Shown here: positions 12,362 through 25,100 of the stretch, piece after piece
How positions within the stretch are numbered: position 1 is the first letter of the stretch
Layout of the letters: every line of letters starts with the position of its first letter
Assembly (NCBI GenBank): GCA_950097015.1
Contig: CATNEN010000001.1
Coordinates: forward strand, 16,864,001-16,928,000
Reading direction: 5' to 3'
Source: Macrostomum hystrix
Taxonomy: Eukaryota > Animalia > Platyhelminthes
Length of the DNA: 64,000 nucleotides
The notes under the pieces: generated by a model
Database searches by the model: none
What the model was told of the DNA's origin: nothing
Seen by the model: only the letters and a program-made list of their open reading frames with translations
Program-made: the position numbers and the translations under genes

Positions 12362-12803
12362 CTAGTCCTTAGAATACTAAGACATTAGATTTGTAGCGAT
12401 TATTTCTATCCCAGCTGATGCTGAAGCAATGCAGTTTTGTGTCTTGCTACGGGGAACTAACTCTGCGCATTTCACTGGGCTTTAGTTTCGAACTCCCGGC
12501 CATTCCGTCAGGCGCAACAAAAGCCAACGGAAATAGTAAATAGAATCAAAATGCTGTGAAGTACCTTTAGAAAACATGTATACTTGACTTGTAAGTTCCG
12601 TCATGTTACTGCAAATTGTTTATTAAAAATGTTCTCTTAACGAAAGTGCACTTTTGAAAGGAACCCATACTGTACCGATCAGTAACTTCTAAATTCAATA
12701 AATTAATAAATTTGAGCGATGTACAATAGAGTTCATTGAGCGAGCGAGTCGAGGGCGCAGTCCGGTCAGTAACCAGGTGTCAGAGGCGAGACCCGCAGCG
12801 GCT

Positions 12804-13076
12804 CTACTTGCCGGGGAACGGCAGGGAGCGGTAGATCCTGTACACCCTAGTAGCGATGCGGTACACGCGCCTCCACCTGATGCGGATGCGGCGCAGACGC
12901 AGCCACTTCTTCTCCAGCTCCATGGCCTTCTCCTCCGTCATGTTGGGCTCGTCCAAGTCGGCCAGAGCCTCCAGAGCCTGCAGCGACTCCGCGTCCTCTT
13001 CCGACATCTCCTGGCTGGGTCTGGCGGCTGCCAGAGCTGCGCAGAGCAGAAGACCGAGAGCGAACTGCCACCTCAT
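12804..13076 (-). CDS. Secreted cationic prepropeptide copy 3 (90 aa, PFP-GK type)
   Basis: Protein identical to copy 2; its mirror partner in the palindrome. Confidence 0.85.
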   Translation of the reverse strand: MRWQFALGLLLCAALAAARPSQEMSEEDAESLQALEALADLDEPNMTEEKAMELEKKWLRLRRIRIRWRRVYRIATRVYRIYRSLPFPGK

Positions 13077-14979
13077 GATTGTGTTGCTGCTGCTGTAGCT
13101 TGATGAAGCTAGTAGAGAAGCTGAGATCGAGTTTTTGGCTTGGAGAGGTCTCTCAGCGTCCAGCGGTGTTGCTTTTATGCACTCGAAATCGGCACGTTTT
13201 TCCACTGACTTTGTTTTCCGCGTTGCCTTGTGGCCTCCTTATTTTTAGCTGCCATTCTAAAGGGCGGCAAAGTAATAAATTGAAGCCACAATGCCCAGTG
13301 GTATTGTGTTCTTCGTAGTAAACAAGTCACTGCTTAGACACTTCTTCTTCTTAGAGACAATGGCATACTCGTAGTTGTCTGCGAAACTTTTATTTAATGA
13401 AACTTGTTTTTCATGTTCAAGATATTGAGACTAATTAACATTGAACTTCTTTCGGGTTCGCAGCCATTTTCTCTTTTAGCTGCGATTGCTCAAGCCTTCG
13501 GCAAGTTAACTGACTCGATTTAGAAAAAGTCTGCTCAGAGTATCTTTGTCGAAATAACAGTATTAACGTCAGTCCACTTGACAAGAAGAAAACGTTGGTG
13601 TAGTGCTGTAGAATGAATGTTGACATAGAATGTTATCTATCTCAACACGAGGGTGTTGAGAATGCCGACACATCGCATGCTCGCGTCTGGTACGGCCTCT
13701 GAGATCATGATAAGGAAGAGGATAAGCTTGTTATCGTTCTGAACAATAAGTTGAAAATCAAGCTCGATCTCAGCTTCTTTTTCGAGCTTGACACCAGAAA
13801 TACCATAAGGGTAATTCAAATACACTTAATATTTATCTTTTCTGTGTCTCCTAAATTATTCAACCGATCGCCATGAAAATCCAAAACAGGCTACATTTTT
13901 CTGCTCTATCCGATGAAACAACTTCCCGAATCACAAAACATCGACAACGTCGAGATATTCACCGATTCTCGTCGAGATGTCAATGAAAATTTCCGCAAAA
14001 TATGCAAACATTTTCTGTTTACACAATTTTATCAAGTCAAGTATCATTGTTAAATATATCGTATTGATCATATTGTTAATTTATAAACTTTTAAACCGAA
14101 ATCAATTCGCCATAGAGGCTAATTCAGAGCAATGTGGTCTTTGTTCTTGTCACCAGGGTCTTCGACAACAATCTCTAATATCTCAATGATACGTACGGCA
14201 TCGACAGTTAGTTCAGCGTAAAAGGCGGCAACTGTTGATTCAGATGGTGGACTTTCACAAAATCCGTCATTTGGTTGAGGAGCAATTTGTGAAGTAGGCG
14301 CTGGGTATTTGAAATGCCCCGTGGTCTCTCCCCTGGGGGAAAGCATGCTTTTTCTACTGCTAACAACTGACAGACAGGTCATTTCATTATTTGGCCATGC
14401 AAGATTCTATTTACGAGTTACATCCGTTTTTGCCTCTCGGATTAGCTTGCCATAACCAGATGAGACTCTCTGCATTTTGGTTTCCATCTTTTTTAATATC
14501 TTGAGATACTTTAAAACAATCGCCTTCCCCTGAAATATATCATTGCTCTCGCTATCAGAGCAGACGTAAAACTCAGACAGACCGACTCATGACTGAAAGG
14601 CACAATGCCAATGGCAATAAGGGGGCCATACAACCGAGCTAAAAATAAGAACTCGGTGGCAAAAAAAATAAATAACAAAAAGTCTTCACCGCGGGCACAA
14701 TAGAGACGAAGCTCATACTGCTTGGTCTTGACCGTCAATAGCAGACAATGAGACGGTTTCTATCCAGCTTCTATAAGCAACACTGCATTGAAGTACCAAG
14801 AAAAAAATATTCGAGGAAAAAACACGACCCACATCCACGCATTGAAACTACCGGAAAAACGTGCCGATTTCGAGTGCATAAAAGCGACACCGCTGGACGC
14901 TGAGAGACCTCTCCAAGCCAAAAACTCGATCTCAGCTTCTCTACCAGCTTCATCAAGCTACAGCAGCAGCAACACAATC

Positions 14980-15249
14980 ATGAGGTGGCAGTTCGCTCTC
15001 GGTCTTCTGCTCTGCGCAGCTCTGGCAGCCGCCAGACCCAGCCAGGAGATGTCGGAAGAGGACGCGGAGTCGCTGCAGGCGCTGGAGGCTCTGGCCGACT
15101 TGGACGAGCCCAACATGACGGAGGAGAAGGCCATGGAGCTGGAGAAGAAGTGGCTGCGTCTGCGCCGCATCCGCATCAGGTGGAGGCGCGTGTACCGCAT
15201 CGCTAGCAGGATGTACAGGATCTACCGCTCCCTGCGCCCCGGCAAGTAG
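14980..15249 (+). CDS. Secreted cationic prepropeptide copy 4 (89 aa, LRP-GK type)
   Basis: Protein identical to copy 1; its mirror partner in the palindrome. Confidence 0.85.
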   Translation: MRWQFALGLLLCAALAAARPSQEMSEEDAESLQALEALADLDEPNMTEEKAMELEKKWLRLRRIRIRWRRVYRIASRMYRIYRSLRPGK

Positions 15250-15704
15250 AGCCGCTGCGAGTCTCGTTTCTGACACCTGGTTACTGACCGGACTGCGCCC
15301 TCGACTCGCTCGCTCAATGAACTCTATTGTACACTTCTAGCATAGTTATCGTGTAAATTAGTTTATTATCAGATAATAACTTAAGTGCACTGGTGCTAAC
15401 TCTTCTGGTACTGAATTCCTTAATACAAATTCATAAGATATGAAACAACACTTTTAATTAAATAAATGTTTCTTACGACCAAAATTAAGCTTTTGTACGG
15501 TTTTTTCTGGTCATATTTGTACTTTAACTTCTGTGTGATGGGCTAAAATAGTTGCATCGGGCACTAAATCTATCATGGGTATCAAAGTTCTGAAGACTTT
15601 CAGAGGCCGGACGTGTTTCTTATACGGAAAAAGATGTATGACTGCTATCACAAAAGAAGAGGCTAAATTATGGTATTCGACTAGGAGAAGAAAAAATTGC
15701 AAGT

Positions 15705-15885
15705 CAAGCCAAACACTCGATCTCAGCTTCTCTACCAGCTTCATCAAGCTACAGCAGCAGCATCACAATCATGAGGTGGCAGTTCGCTCTCGGTCTTCTG
15801 CTCTGTTCAGCTCTGGCAGACGCCAGACCCAGCCAGGAGATGTCGGAAGAGGACGCGGAGTCGCTGGAGGCTCTGGCCGACTTGG
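15705..15885 (+). pseudogene. Truncated prepropeptide copy 5 (5' UTR, signal and part of the propiece only)
   Basis: ATG at 15771, MRWQFALGLLLCSALADARPSQEMSEEDAESLEALADL, then unrelated sequence. Lacks the promoter block, has a 9-bp deletion and an A>D change near the signal cleavage site. Confidence 0.8.
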
Positions 15886-18350
15886 TCAACGGTTATTCAA
15901 CCGAGATATTCAACGGTTATGGCCAAAGGTCAAATTTTTCAAAAAATGTAATTTCATACCCCCCTCTACACGCCTCAGAGCGGCCTTGTCAGGGCTTGAA
16001 ACTTAATCAGCACGTCACCCGATGCGCCTGCATCATCTTCGACTTCGATGGTCACTGACCTTCATCTAGACTTTCAGCTACCCGAAAAAGATTTACTATA
16101 GCGAATCAACAGTCAGCGTAACGGGGGGTCCCAGGGTGTGCCCTGGAAGGGGTAAGGGCCAACAGAACAGGCCTATCTCTCTACAAGCTGCCAAGGCGGC
16201 CCTCAGACGAGCAAGAGCCGCCCGTGACCTTAAGGTGCTGGCGACCAACGCCCCGACACCTCAGCCGGGCCGAGACGGTTGCAGCCAAAAAGCTAAGGGC
16301 GGCGTGCTCGATGCTGGCAAACTCCACCAGGCACCGCCTCGGCCTCACTGCGACCCGCTCTGCCGCTCTTCGACGGGGGTCCCGGAGGATTTCCGCCGGT
16401 TTGGGGTCTGGGACAGTCACTACACGATAGGCCCCGAAACAACATCAGGAAATTCGTTGCAAGACAGTCGGAGGTTTTCTATTTTGTTAGTCGTTGTTCA
16501 TTCGTTCATCCCACATACGATGACTAAAGTATTTAGTTACTATTACTTTAGTAGGCGATGTTTGGAAGGTTTCGAAGCGTGGACTGCTAAAGAGCATTGG
16601 GCGACTCAGTTTTCTCCAGTATTTTATTTTTAGATCTCAATTTCGCCGAATTAAGTACCATGGTTCTTTGTTCCCATGGCTTTCATTTGACCGCAACTAG
16701 CACGTCATAGATTCTGTATTCTGTAAAAACAACGCATTTCGAAGTTGCCACAGCTTTTATCTTGGAAATTACGAAACTAAAAAAGCTTTTTGGTGAACAA
16801 TTTTCTCAGAGCAGAAATATTATCGAGACTTGGTTTCTTCATGGTTTATTGTTTTTCCGTTTCTTCTGCAATTGAATCGTTAGCTTGTACTGTCAATTCA
16901 AGTTAGCCGTTTTTATCTTATAATACTTCCCTTAAGCTCGAGTGCCTGCTAGGCGAAATACGCAGAGTGAAGAGTGCCCTTTCTGCCCCTCCATGGTAGA
17001 GAATTCAAAGCATCTCGTTTGCGACTGTTCCGCCTTTATTTAAGACGGGCTCACCTACCTCGGCCCAAACCCGGACTCTTCACTATGTTTTCAGGCATGA
17101 GAATATCTGCCAGCTCGATGGATACCTAAGAGCTAAAGGACGAGCAACTCTCCACTAGCTGGGCTTTGATTGAAATTAAGCCAGCGCCGTGGACACTTTC
17201 ATCACCAAATCCCCCTGAGCGACACCGCAGCTCTAGTTGCCCGTGGTCGCTAGGGGCTAGCGAAATGGGCGACGACGCCTCCCCGCTGATTTCGGGTGAT
17301 GCAACCGCAGCTAGCCATGACAATGCTAGCCTTGGAGATTTTAAACCCAATGCAATGATTTACAAAAATTTGCTTAACTGTTAAACGATTTTAAACTGAT
17401 TTTAAACTGAACTGAATCTGTTAATAGCAGCCAGAGCCGTGTTAAAAAGACTCAACAAAAATAGACAGACTCGGAGAACATTTACCACGCGTTTGATCCC
17501 TTTAACAGTAGAACTACCAAGGGGGGGTAGAACTTCCCCCTTACCATTTTTGCTACACCCGAACAGAACAATCCATGCACACGAAACTCAAGAACACGGG
17601 CAAACAATGCCACAGGCCACAATGGACACCCTGAAGCGAATTTCTCCAATTATCGCTTATCGAGCCTAAAAATTAGGCGCAGCTCAACCACAGGGCACCC
17701 TCGCCTAGTCAGTCACCACCCAAAGCTGTTAGCATTCAGGCGCTGCTAAATACATTTTCAGGGGGGGACATTCCCCCTCGGAATAAAAACGGGTGGCAAA
17801 ATGGCTTGTTGTCCTACTGTCAACCGCGACTAACTTAACTTTAAACAACGCGACGACTTGCAATTTTTCTATTTCTTTAAATCGATCTCAGAAAACCCAT
17901 ATGTGATTAGCTCAGAGTATCGACGCGACGAAAATCCGCTGTAGGGCATTCACAAAAATAACTTTAAAAAGCAACGCGCATCACCCTAGAAAATGTAAGC
18001 ACAATTTGCCTGAGACTCATTGTTAGTGCTTTCGCACCCTCGTGTTGACACAATGACAAGCAATAGCAAGCTACAGTTTAGCATATAAGGTAAAAAAGGG
18101 ACTTGTTTTCGTGCTATTGTTGCGATGAAAATTTATTCGTCTACTAAGTGGTTTCGAAAGTTCTTGAACTTGAGAAAAAAAAATTGGACAATGATGTTTG
18201 TGAAAAAGCAAAACAAATTAGCGGAAAAAACGTGCCGATTTCGACTGCATAAAAGCGACACCGCTGGACGCTGAGAGACCTCTCCAAGCCAAACACTCGA
18301 TCTCAGCTTCTCTACCAGCTTCATCAAGCTACAGCAGCAGCAACACAATC

Positions 18351-18599
18351 ATGAGGTGGCAGTTCGCTCTCGGTCTTCTGCTCTGCGCAGCTCTGGCAGC
18401 CGCCAGACCCAGCCAGGAGATGTCGGACGAGGACGCGGAGTCGCTGCAGGCGCTGGAAGCTCTGGCCGACTTGGACGAGCCTGAAATGGCTGAGAAGGCC
18501 ACGGAGCTGCAGAAGAAGTTATATTCGGGCTTCCGTTTGAGGCGTGTGTTACGCATGGCTCTCAGGGTCTACAGGATGTACGGGATCCCCGGCAAGTAG
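18351..18599 (+). CDS. Secreted cationic prepropeptide copy 6, divergent paralogue (82 aa; mature LYSGFRLRRVLRMALRVYRMYGIP-GK)
   Basis: Identical signal peptide, near-identical start of propiece, KK site and PGK-stop, but a different mature peptide. Confidence 0.85.
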   Translation: MRWQFALGLLLCAALAAARPSQEMSDEDAESLQALEALADLDEPEMAEKATELQKKLYSGFRLRRVLRMALRVYRMYGIPGK

Positions 18600-19312
18600 A
18601 GCTGTGCGGGTATCGTTTCTGACACCTGGTTACTGACCGGACTCCGGCCTCGACTCGCTCGCCCAATGAACACTAATTGTATACTAAAATTATTGTTTAG
18701 ACATGACAAAACGCGCGTATTTAATCTTACTTAAAGTATTCGATTGAAGGAAATCGGGGAAATATTGAAGGTTTTTAATCACTTGTGAAATGGAAAGTGC
18801 ACTGCTGATTTGTAAAGTTAATATATAGTACAGTACAGTCCTAAGTAGAGTAACTTTTATTAAAAAAATATGACTGGCTTTTATTCTTTTCAATTTACTT
18901 CCAAAGGCTGTGTACATCTAGTTGTTCAGTCCATGGACTGTAGAGGCCGCCACAGGTACCTAAATTTATACGTGAGCAAATTCAAATTCACAGCAGTGTG
19001 AACTGAGACACTAACAGCTTATACTGACAGTAAATGCTGTGGATGATGACAGTTAAAGGGTGGTTGATGACAGTTGTCGTTGAGACAATTATCTTAGGTT
19101 AGCTTGTTGAGGATAGAAAAAGAAGATTAATATAGCATTTTGCAAGCTATTGCAGACTACGAGCAAGCAATTTAATCCCAGAGAGCAAAAACACACGCAT
19201 TTCGAGCCTCGATGCTAACTGTCTATGGTAAAAAGTGTGTCAAACCGGCAGGCTTAAGCACTGAAGCCCACAAACAGCGCTGTCTATGACGTTCCTCTCT
19301 CCGTTTTTCATC

Positions 19313-20280
19313 ATGTCAGACGAAAGTGACTAAGCCAGCACCATTTTTGAAGACATCGACGGAATCGCTGCCGAAGATGACGGAGCGCCACCTGTGCAAT
19401 ATGCAAAGAGTAGCGACGAAAATTGATAATCGAACGCTATCGACAGAGGCGATAACAACAGAAGCATTGCGCGATGGCTAAATGTAAAGGCCAAGACCGT
19501 TGCTAGCATTCGAAGACGGTACGAAATTACTGGCCGCAGTGAACGGCTGCGACGTGGCGGTGACCATTCGTCGAAGATGGCATTGGAACATATCCAGGCG
19601 CTGCTGATAGCACTGGACCAGAATCCTCTCTTGACTTTGAAAGATATGCAGCGTATTTTACTGGATCAGTTTCCTGGAGTGCAAGTGAGTGAAGCAACCG
19701 TGAGTCGTTCTCTGGACAAGCAGCTGATTACGTCAAAGTGCCTCGGTCTCGATGCTGATGTCCCGGAAGCAAGAAACAATCCAGCCAACATAGCACGCAG
19801 GCAAGAATTCGCACAGTGGTTAACAGGCCTACCGATAGATTGCCAGCTGGTGTATGTGGACGAAACGGGATTCAACATTTGGACCCGTCGGTCGTTTGGA
19901 CGCAGCAGACGAGGTCAGCGAGTTCGCCGAGTTCTACACACACAGCGAGGTGTGCAAGTAAATGTAATCCAAGCTACTTCTTCTGACATGGGCCTGGTCC
20001 ATGTCAGAAGAACGTCATAAAATATCGCTCAGACACTGACTGGCCAAGTGTTCCAGACATTTATAGAAGAATTGTTTCTTGCTGTTACCAACCACAACAA
20101 TGGAATCATCGATGGGCAGTGGTTCATCGTGATGGACGGAGCCCGGTTCCACAATGCGGCCAGAATTCCGGCCCAGTTCGCGGCAAACTGGCACATCGTG
20201 GTTTTGCCTCCCTATTCACCATTATTGAATCCTGTAGAATGCGCGCATTCTTGCCTGAAGGCAGCCATCAAGAGGCTGCC
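19313..20280 (+). mobile_element. Degenerate Tc1/mariner (IS630-like) transposase
   Basis: HTH region, YVDETGFN, VMDGARFH and LPPYSPLLNPVE motifs, interrupted by stops. No terminal inverted repeats were identified. Confidence 0.85.
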
Positions 20281-20633
20281 TTCTTACATAGTATTACAAT
20301 GGTACTATATAATTTTCTATATAATTACTATATATTATTTATATCTAATTTTTAGTAAGCCACTTCGGCTGGGGTTTGGCCTGTCTAAACTATCATAGAT
20401 ACAATATTTTAAAATTGAGTTAGGACTACCACATTTTCCCATTCAATTTAAACACACCCGATGTTTAATTTAGACAATATACCAATATTGATAGGCTGCA
20501 GATGGCTGAAACGAGGTAAAACGTTGAGGCGCGTGGCACCGAGGCGTTTCACCTCGTTTCAGCCCAAGAAGCCTTTCCATATTTGTACGAGGTAGTTAGC
20601 CTACGCGTGTACAAAAGTTGTAGTTAGCCTAGC

Positions 20634-20766
20634 GTGTTGAAACGAGGTTGAAACTAACGGCAGCCCGCTGTGCATATACGAGATGTGCACATACGCTCGT
20701 TTATGAAATTCGACCATAGACAACAGCGGAGGGCGGGCTGCCGTTAGTTTCAACCTCGTTTCAACA
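20634..20766. mobile_element. Small foldback element / MITE with about 35-bp terminal inverted repeats
   Basis: gtgttgaaacgaggttgaaactaacggcagcccgc ... gcgggctgccgttagttttcaacctcgtttcaaca. Confidence 0.6.
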
Positions 20767-21420
20767 ATACAATACAATACAATAAATACAATGGCCACCG
20801 GCCACAAGTGGTCAGGAAAGGGGGACATTGTCAAAAAGCACGCTTAGCTGCGCAGTCTCTGCGACGAACCTCCGGGTCCGCGCCTGCCCCCGCCGGAACC
20901 GGCCCTGCTGCGTGTACAGCAAGACCTCCTGCAGCGGCTCCGGGCAGTAGGACTCGGCGCGAATGACGTGGCCCGCCAGCTTCAGGCGGCGCTGTCGCAG
21001 GGTCACGCTGGGAGGGCTCAGCTTGGCCCGCTGGTAGAGAGCCTGGTTGGTGACGTGTTCGGCGTGACGGTGCACGCTGAAGGCAGCGCGCAGCAGGCTG
21101 GAGTGCGCCGCGTCCAGCTGGCGCTCCAGCACATCCGTCATGGTCCAGGTCTCGGCGTTGTAGAAGAGCACCGTTTCCACCACCGCCTGGAACAGTCGGG
21201 TTCTCAGCTGGTCTGGCAGGGCGTCGCTTTGGAGCACGATGCGCACTGAGCGGAAAGCCGCCCACGCAAGCCCTCTGCGACGCCGCAGGTCCTCCTGGAC
21301 GCTGGGCACGAGACCACAAAGGTACCGGAACTGCTCACATCGGGGGAGCGGTGCTGCGGCGCTGTCCATGCTGGGAAGGCGGATGACCGCTGGCAGATCG
21401 GCTGGCACAGTCAGCACAGT
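20767..21420 (-). mobile_element. 5'-truncated RTE-like non-LTR retrotransposon (RT C-terminal region)
   Basis: FRYLCG, RLFQAVVETVLFYNAETW and RRLKLAGHVIR; (TTGTA)n 3' tail; 12-bp TSD ctcgtttcaaca at 20755-20766 and 21421-21432. Confidence 0.85.
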
Positions 21421-22123
21421 CTCGTTTCAACACAACTCAATATACCAATTTACCAATAGCACAGTGGGCTGCAGAGGGCTGAAACGAGCTAAAACGTTGA
21501 GGCACGTAGCGCCGAGGCATTTCACCTCGTTTCAGCCCGAGCAGCCTATCCATATTAGTGTTGTAATGGGTGTCCCAAAAAGGGTAGCACTGTGCGCTCA
21601 CTGTGAGTGAGCAGTTAGGCCTATAGCCTAGTAATTTAACAGGTCTACAGTAAACATTTATAAGTTTTTCCCACAAAAATTTGGTTACGAAAAATTGCTC
21701 TAGAGGCGAGTTACTGAGCAGAGAAGTGTACGCCAAAGATTATAAATACCCGTATTTATAATCTTTGCTCGCGATTTAAACAAACAACCCTAAAAGCCAT
21801 GCTTTATCTTCTCCTTAAACACTGCTTATTATATTTATAAACTTCCTCGTCTTGTGGTTTCTGTCTATGGTAAAATCTCCAGTTTTGACGCAAAAAAGAC
21901 AGCCACCATTCATTTTAGACTAGCTTTAACATTAAAACTCTGTGTTTATATGTAGCAAGGACTTCTATATAATAGCATCTAGGATGCTATAATAGGATGC
22001 TATTAGGGAGTCTTGACTTACTTGACTTAGCTGCAGGGTGGTCCATGGACGCAGCGGGGAGGCGAGGGTCGCCCATACCGCTAACCCCTGTAGGCCCGCA
22101 GACAGGCAAGGGCGCGGGGCCGG

Positions 22124-25100
22124 TCAGGGTGGTCCGCCGGTCCGTCCTGCAGCGTTGTCTTCCGTGGGGAAGAAAGTGGCTCGTCTTGTTGCACGAAGGA
22201 ACTGGACGAGCCGTGGAATGCTGTCGGGCTGGCAGATCTCGTCCATGGACGGGTTGGGCCCGAGGTAGCGAAGCCGGTCTCTGTTAAAGAAAGGGCAGTG
22301 ACACACAAAGTGCTCAGCATCTTCGGTGTCATACTCACAGAATGGGCAGAGTTCACTCTCAAGGTCACCCCGGAGGAAACAGTGCCTAGCGAGGTAGCCG
22401 TGGCCCGTGAGGGTCATGGCGAGGGCGCGGATATCCTTCCGGTTTTGGTTCAAAAGGATGCTCCTGAGCCTGCGAGACGGGCGCGGAACTGCGGCACGGG
22501 ATTGCCGACAGTTCTGGGTGCCCGCCCATCTGTCCCTGTGCAGGGATTCAGCCCAGTCATCAATAAGGCGATTGATGACCGTGATGGGGATCGGGACCAG
22601 GGGAGCAGGTCCCAGGAGAGAGCCTGAGCCACCTTGCTTGGCAAGGGTATCCGCAAGCTCGTTCCCTGGGAAGCCCGCATGCCCTGGGATCCAGCTCAGC
22701 TTGACCGTGTTGTTACTGGCCAGGAGGTTGAGTTGCCGGGCACAGTCAGCGACTGTCCGGGAGCACGTGGTGGTGCGGCAAAGGGCTTGTAAGGCCGCTT
22801 GGCTGTCAGAGTGGATGATGATGGTCTCTCCTCTCGTATTCCTGGCATTCAGCTCTGCGGCACAAGAGCTGATGGCAAGGATCTCATTCTGGAAGACCGT
22901 GGAGAGTCTCCCAGTATGTTGGGCATGCGTGGCGACGACGCGGCCGTTGATCAGGATGCAGACCCCAAAGCCGGCAAGGCCGTCTTTTAGGGATCCGTCC
23001 GTGTAGCAGTGGACCTCCTGGTGGTTCCAGTGGTCGTTAGCGTCATCCCTCGAGGGAATGATGATTTTGTAGCGCTGGGTGAGATTGAGAGTGCGTGGTT
23101 CGCCGTCAGATAAGACGTGGAGTCCGCCGCCATCTTTCAAGTCACGAAGGCACAGATCGGTGTGAGGCAGAAGTTTGCGTTTTGCCATTGCTCTTTGCGG
23201 CGTGAAGCGGACGCCGGCGTCAATGAGCCGACGCGCTGTTTTGGCGGCTTCCCTGCGGACAAAAATGTCCAGCGGGGTAGCGTCGAGGAAGGCATTGAGG
23301 CCGTCGTAAGGAGCAGACGGTGGGGCACTCATGGTCATGCGACAAGCGCGCCCTTGCGTTTTCCTAAGTGCCTCCAGGCAGGTCTTCATCTGCAGGGCAC
23401 TGGCCCAGATCAAGCTGCCGTACGAGACAGCTGGCCTGACCATTGCAGTATAGATCCACCAGAGGCGCTTGGGGGTGAGCCCCCAGGTGGTGCCAACGGC
23501 CCTCCGCAGCTGCGCGAGGATCGCGAGGGCCCTCTTGGTTTTGGTTTGAACATGGGGAGACCAGTTCAGCCTATGGTCCAAGGTGATCCCTACGCATTTG
23601 GTTTGCTTACAGAAGGAAATTTCCTTACCGTAAAGCCTAAGCGGCTGTATCTGCCACTTGTTTCTGCTGGTGAACATGATCACTGCAGTCTTGGTCTCGG
23701 AGAGCTTCAGACCACAGCGACCCGCCCATTGTTCAGCAGAGTGGATGAAATTCTGAAGGAGGTCCCTGAGAGTGTCAGGGGATGGGCCAGACGCCACAGC
23801 AGTGACATCGTCCGCATACCCCACCTTCAGGATTGGGTCAGGACGGTCGTCACGGAGGAGCTCGTCAATGACCATGTTCCAGAGAATAGGAGAGAGGACC
23901 CCTCCCTGCGCGCTCCCTTTGCGGACGGGGACCGTCCGTTGGTGGCCCAGCAGGTTGGCAGTGACCGTGCGATGACTGATCATATACATGATCCATCTGG
24001 TGAGGGACGAGTGAGTGTGCCTCTCGTAAAGGGCTTTGCGGAACGCTTCGAAGAGGACGTTGTCAAAGGCACCGTCAATGTCTAGGAAGACGCTTAAGGC
24101 GAAGCCGGTGCCAAGCACAGCTTTCTCCAATTTGTCGACCAGAACGTGCAGCGCGCTTTCGGTGGAGCGACCCGCCCGAAAAGCATGCTGGTTGTCGCTG
24201 AGCGGCGCGTTCTTCAGTTCCACTGAGAGAAGGCGCCACAGCACTAGTCTCTCCATCAGCTTGACCAGGAAGGTGGTTAGGCTGATTGGTCTGAAGGATT
24301 TTATAGACTGGTAGTCCGGGCGGCCTGGCTTCGGGATAAAAATCACCTTCGCCTCGGTCCATGCCTGCGGGACGTACCCGAGCGTGATGCAGGCTCGATA
24401 GAGGTTGCAAAGAGAGCGCAGGAAACCTGGGCATTTAACCGCCTCTCTAAGAAAGGCAGGTACGATGCCATCAGGCCCTGGAGCCTTGAAAGGCTTGAAG
24501 GAGGTGGCCGCTTTAACGATGCGGTCCTCCGTGATGATAGAGGCAGCCAGCATCTGGCCTCCCTCAGTGTGGTCTGAGGTGGTCAGGTTGGTTGGTTCGT
24601 TGGGGAAGAAGGCAGAGAGCATGACCTCAAGCGTTTCTCCTGGGTTGTCAGTTGACGTGCCGTCGGTTCGCTTAACCGAGGAGAGCTTGGACATTTTGTC
24701 TAGCGTAAGTGCTTTGACAATTCTGGAGGTGGGGCGTGAGCCCTCTAGCTCCTCGCAGTATTGGCGCCACTTCTGGGCCTTGGCAGTCCTGATCTCCCTC
24801 TTGAACTCATGGATGGCTTCAAGGTAGGCGGTCTGGTCTGCAGGGCTCCTGGTTTTGTTCGCTCTGCGGTGTAATCTCTTCGCTCTGCGACGGAGGTCGC
24901 CGAGCTGAGGATTCCACCACGGCGCAGATGTCTTCCCTTTGTAGGCTTTTAGGGGACAGGCAGCCTCGAAGGCGGCGGTTAGCGTTTCTGTTAAAACAGT
25001 CGCGCACTCGTCCGCCTCTCGGCACGTCGAAATAGTGGGTGGTTGGCCCGAAGACCGATGGGTCGTCTCCAAGGCATGCCTGAAGGCTTCCCAATCAGTA

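Larger units (their letters stand above)
7744..15333. repeat. Large inverted duplication: arms 7744-10638 and 12429-15333 around a 1.8 kb spacer
   Basis: The arms are reverse complements with scattered SNPs and indels, and the ORF track is mirrored across them. Confidence 0.92.

Noticed and set aside
16090-17780. GC-rich ORF fragments after truncated copy 5
   Set aside because: Probably TE debris, but no recognisable domain.
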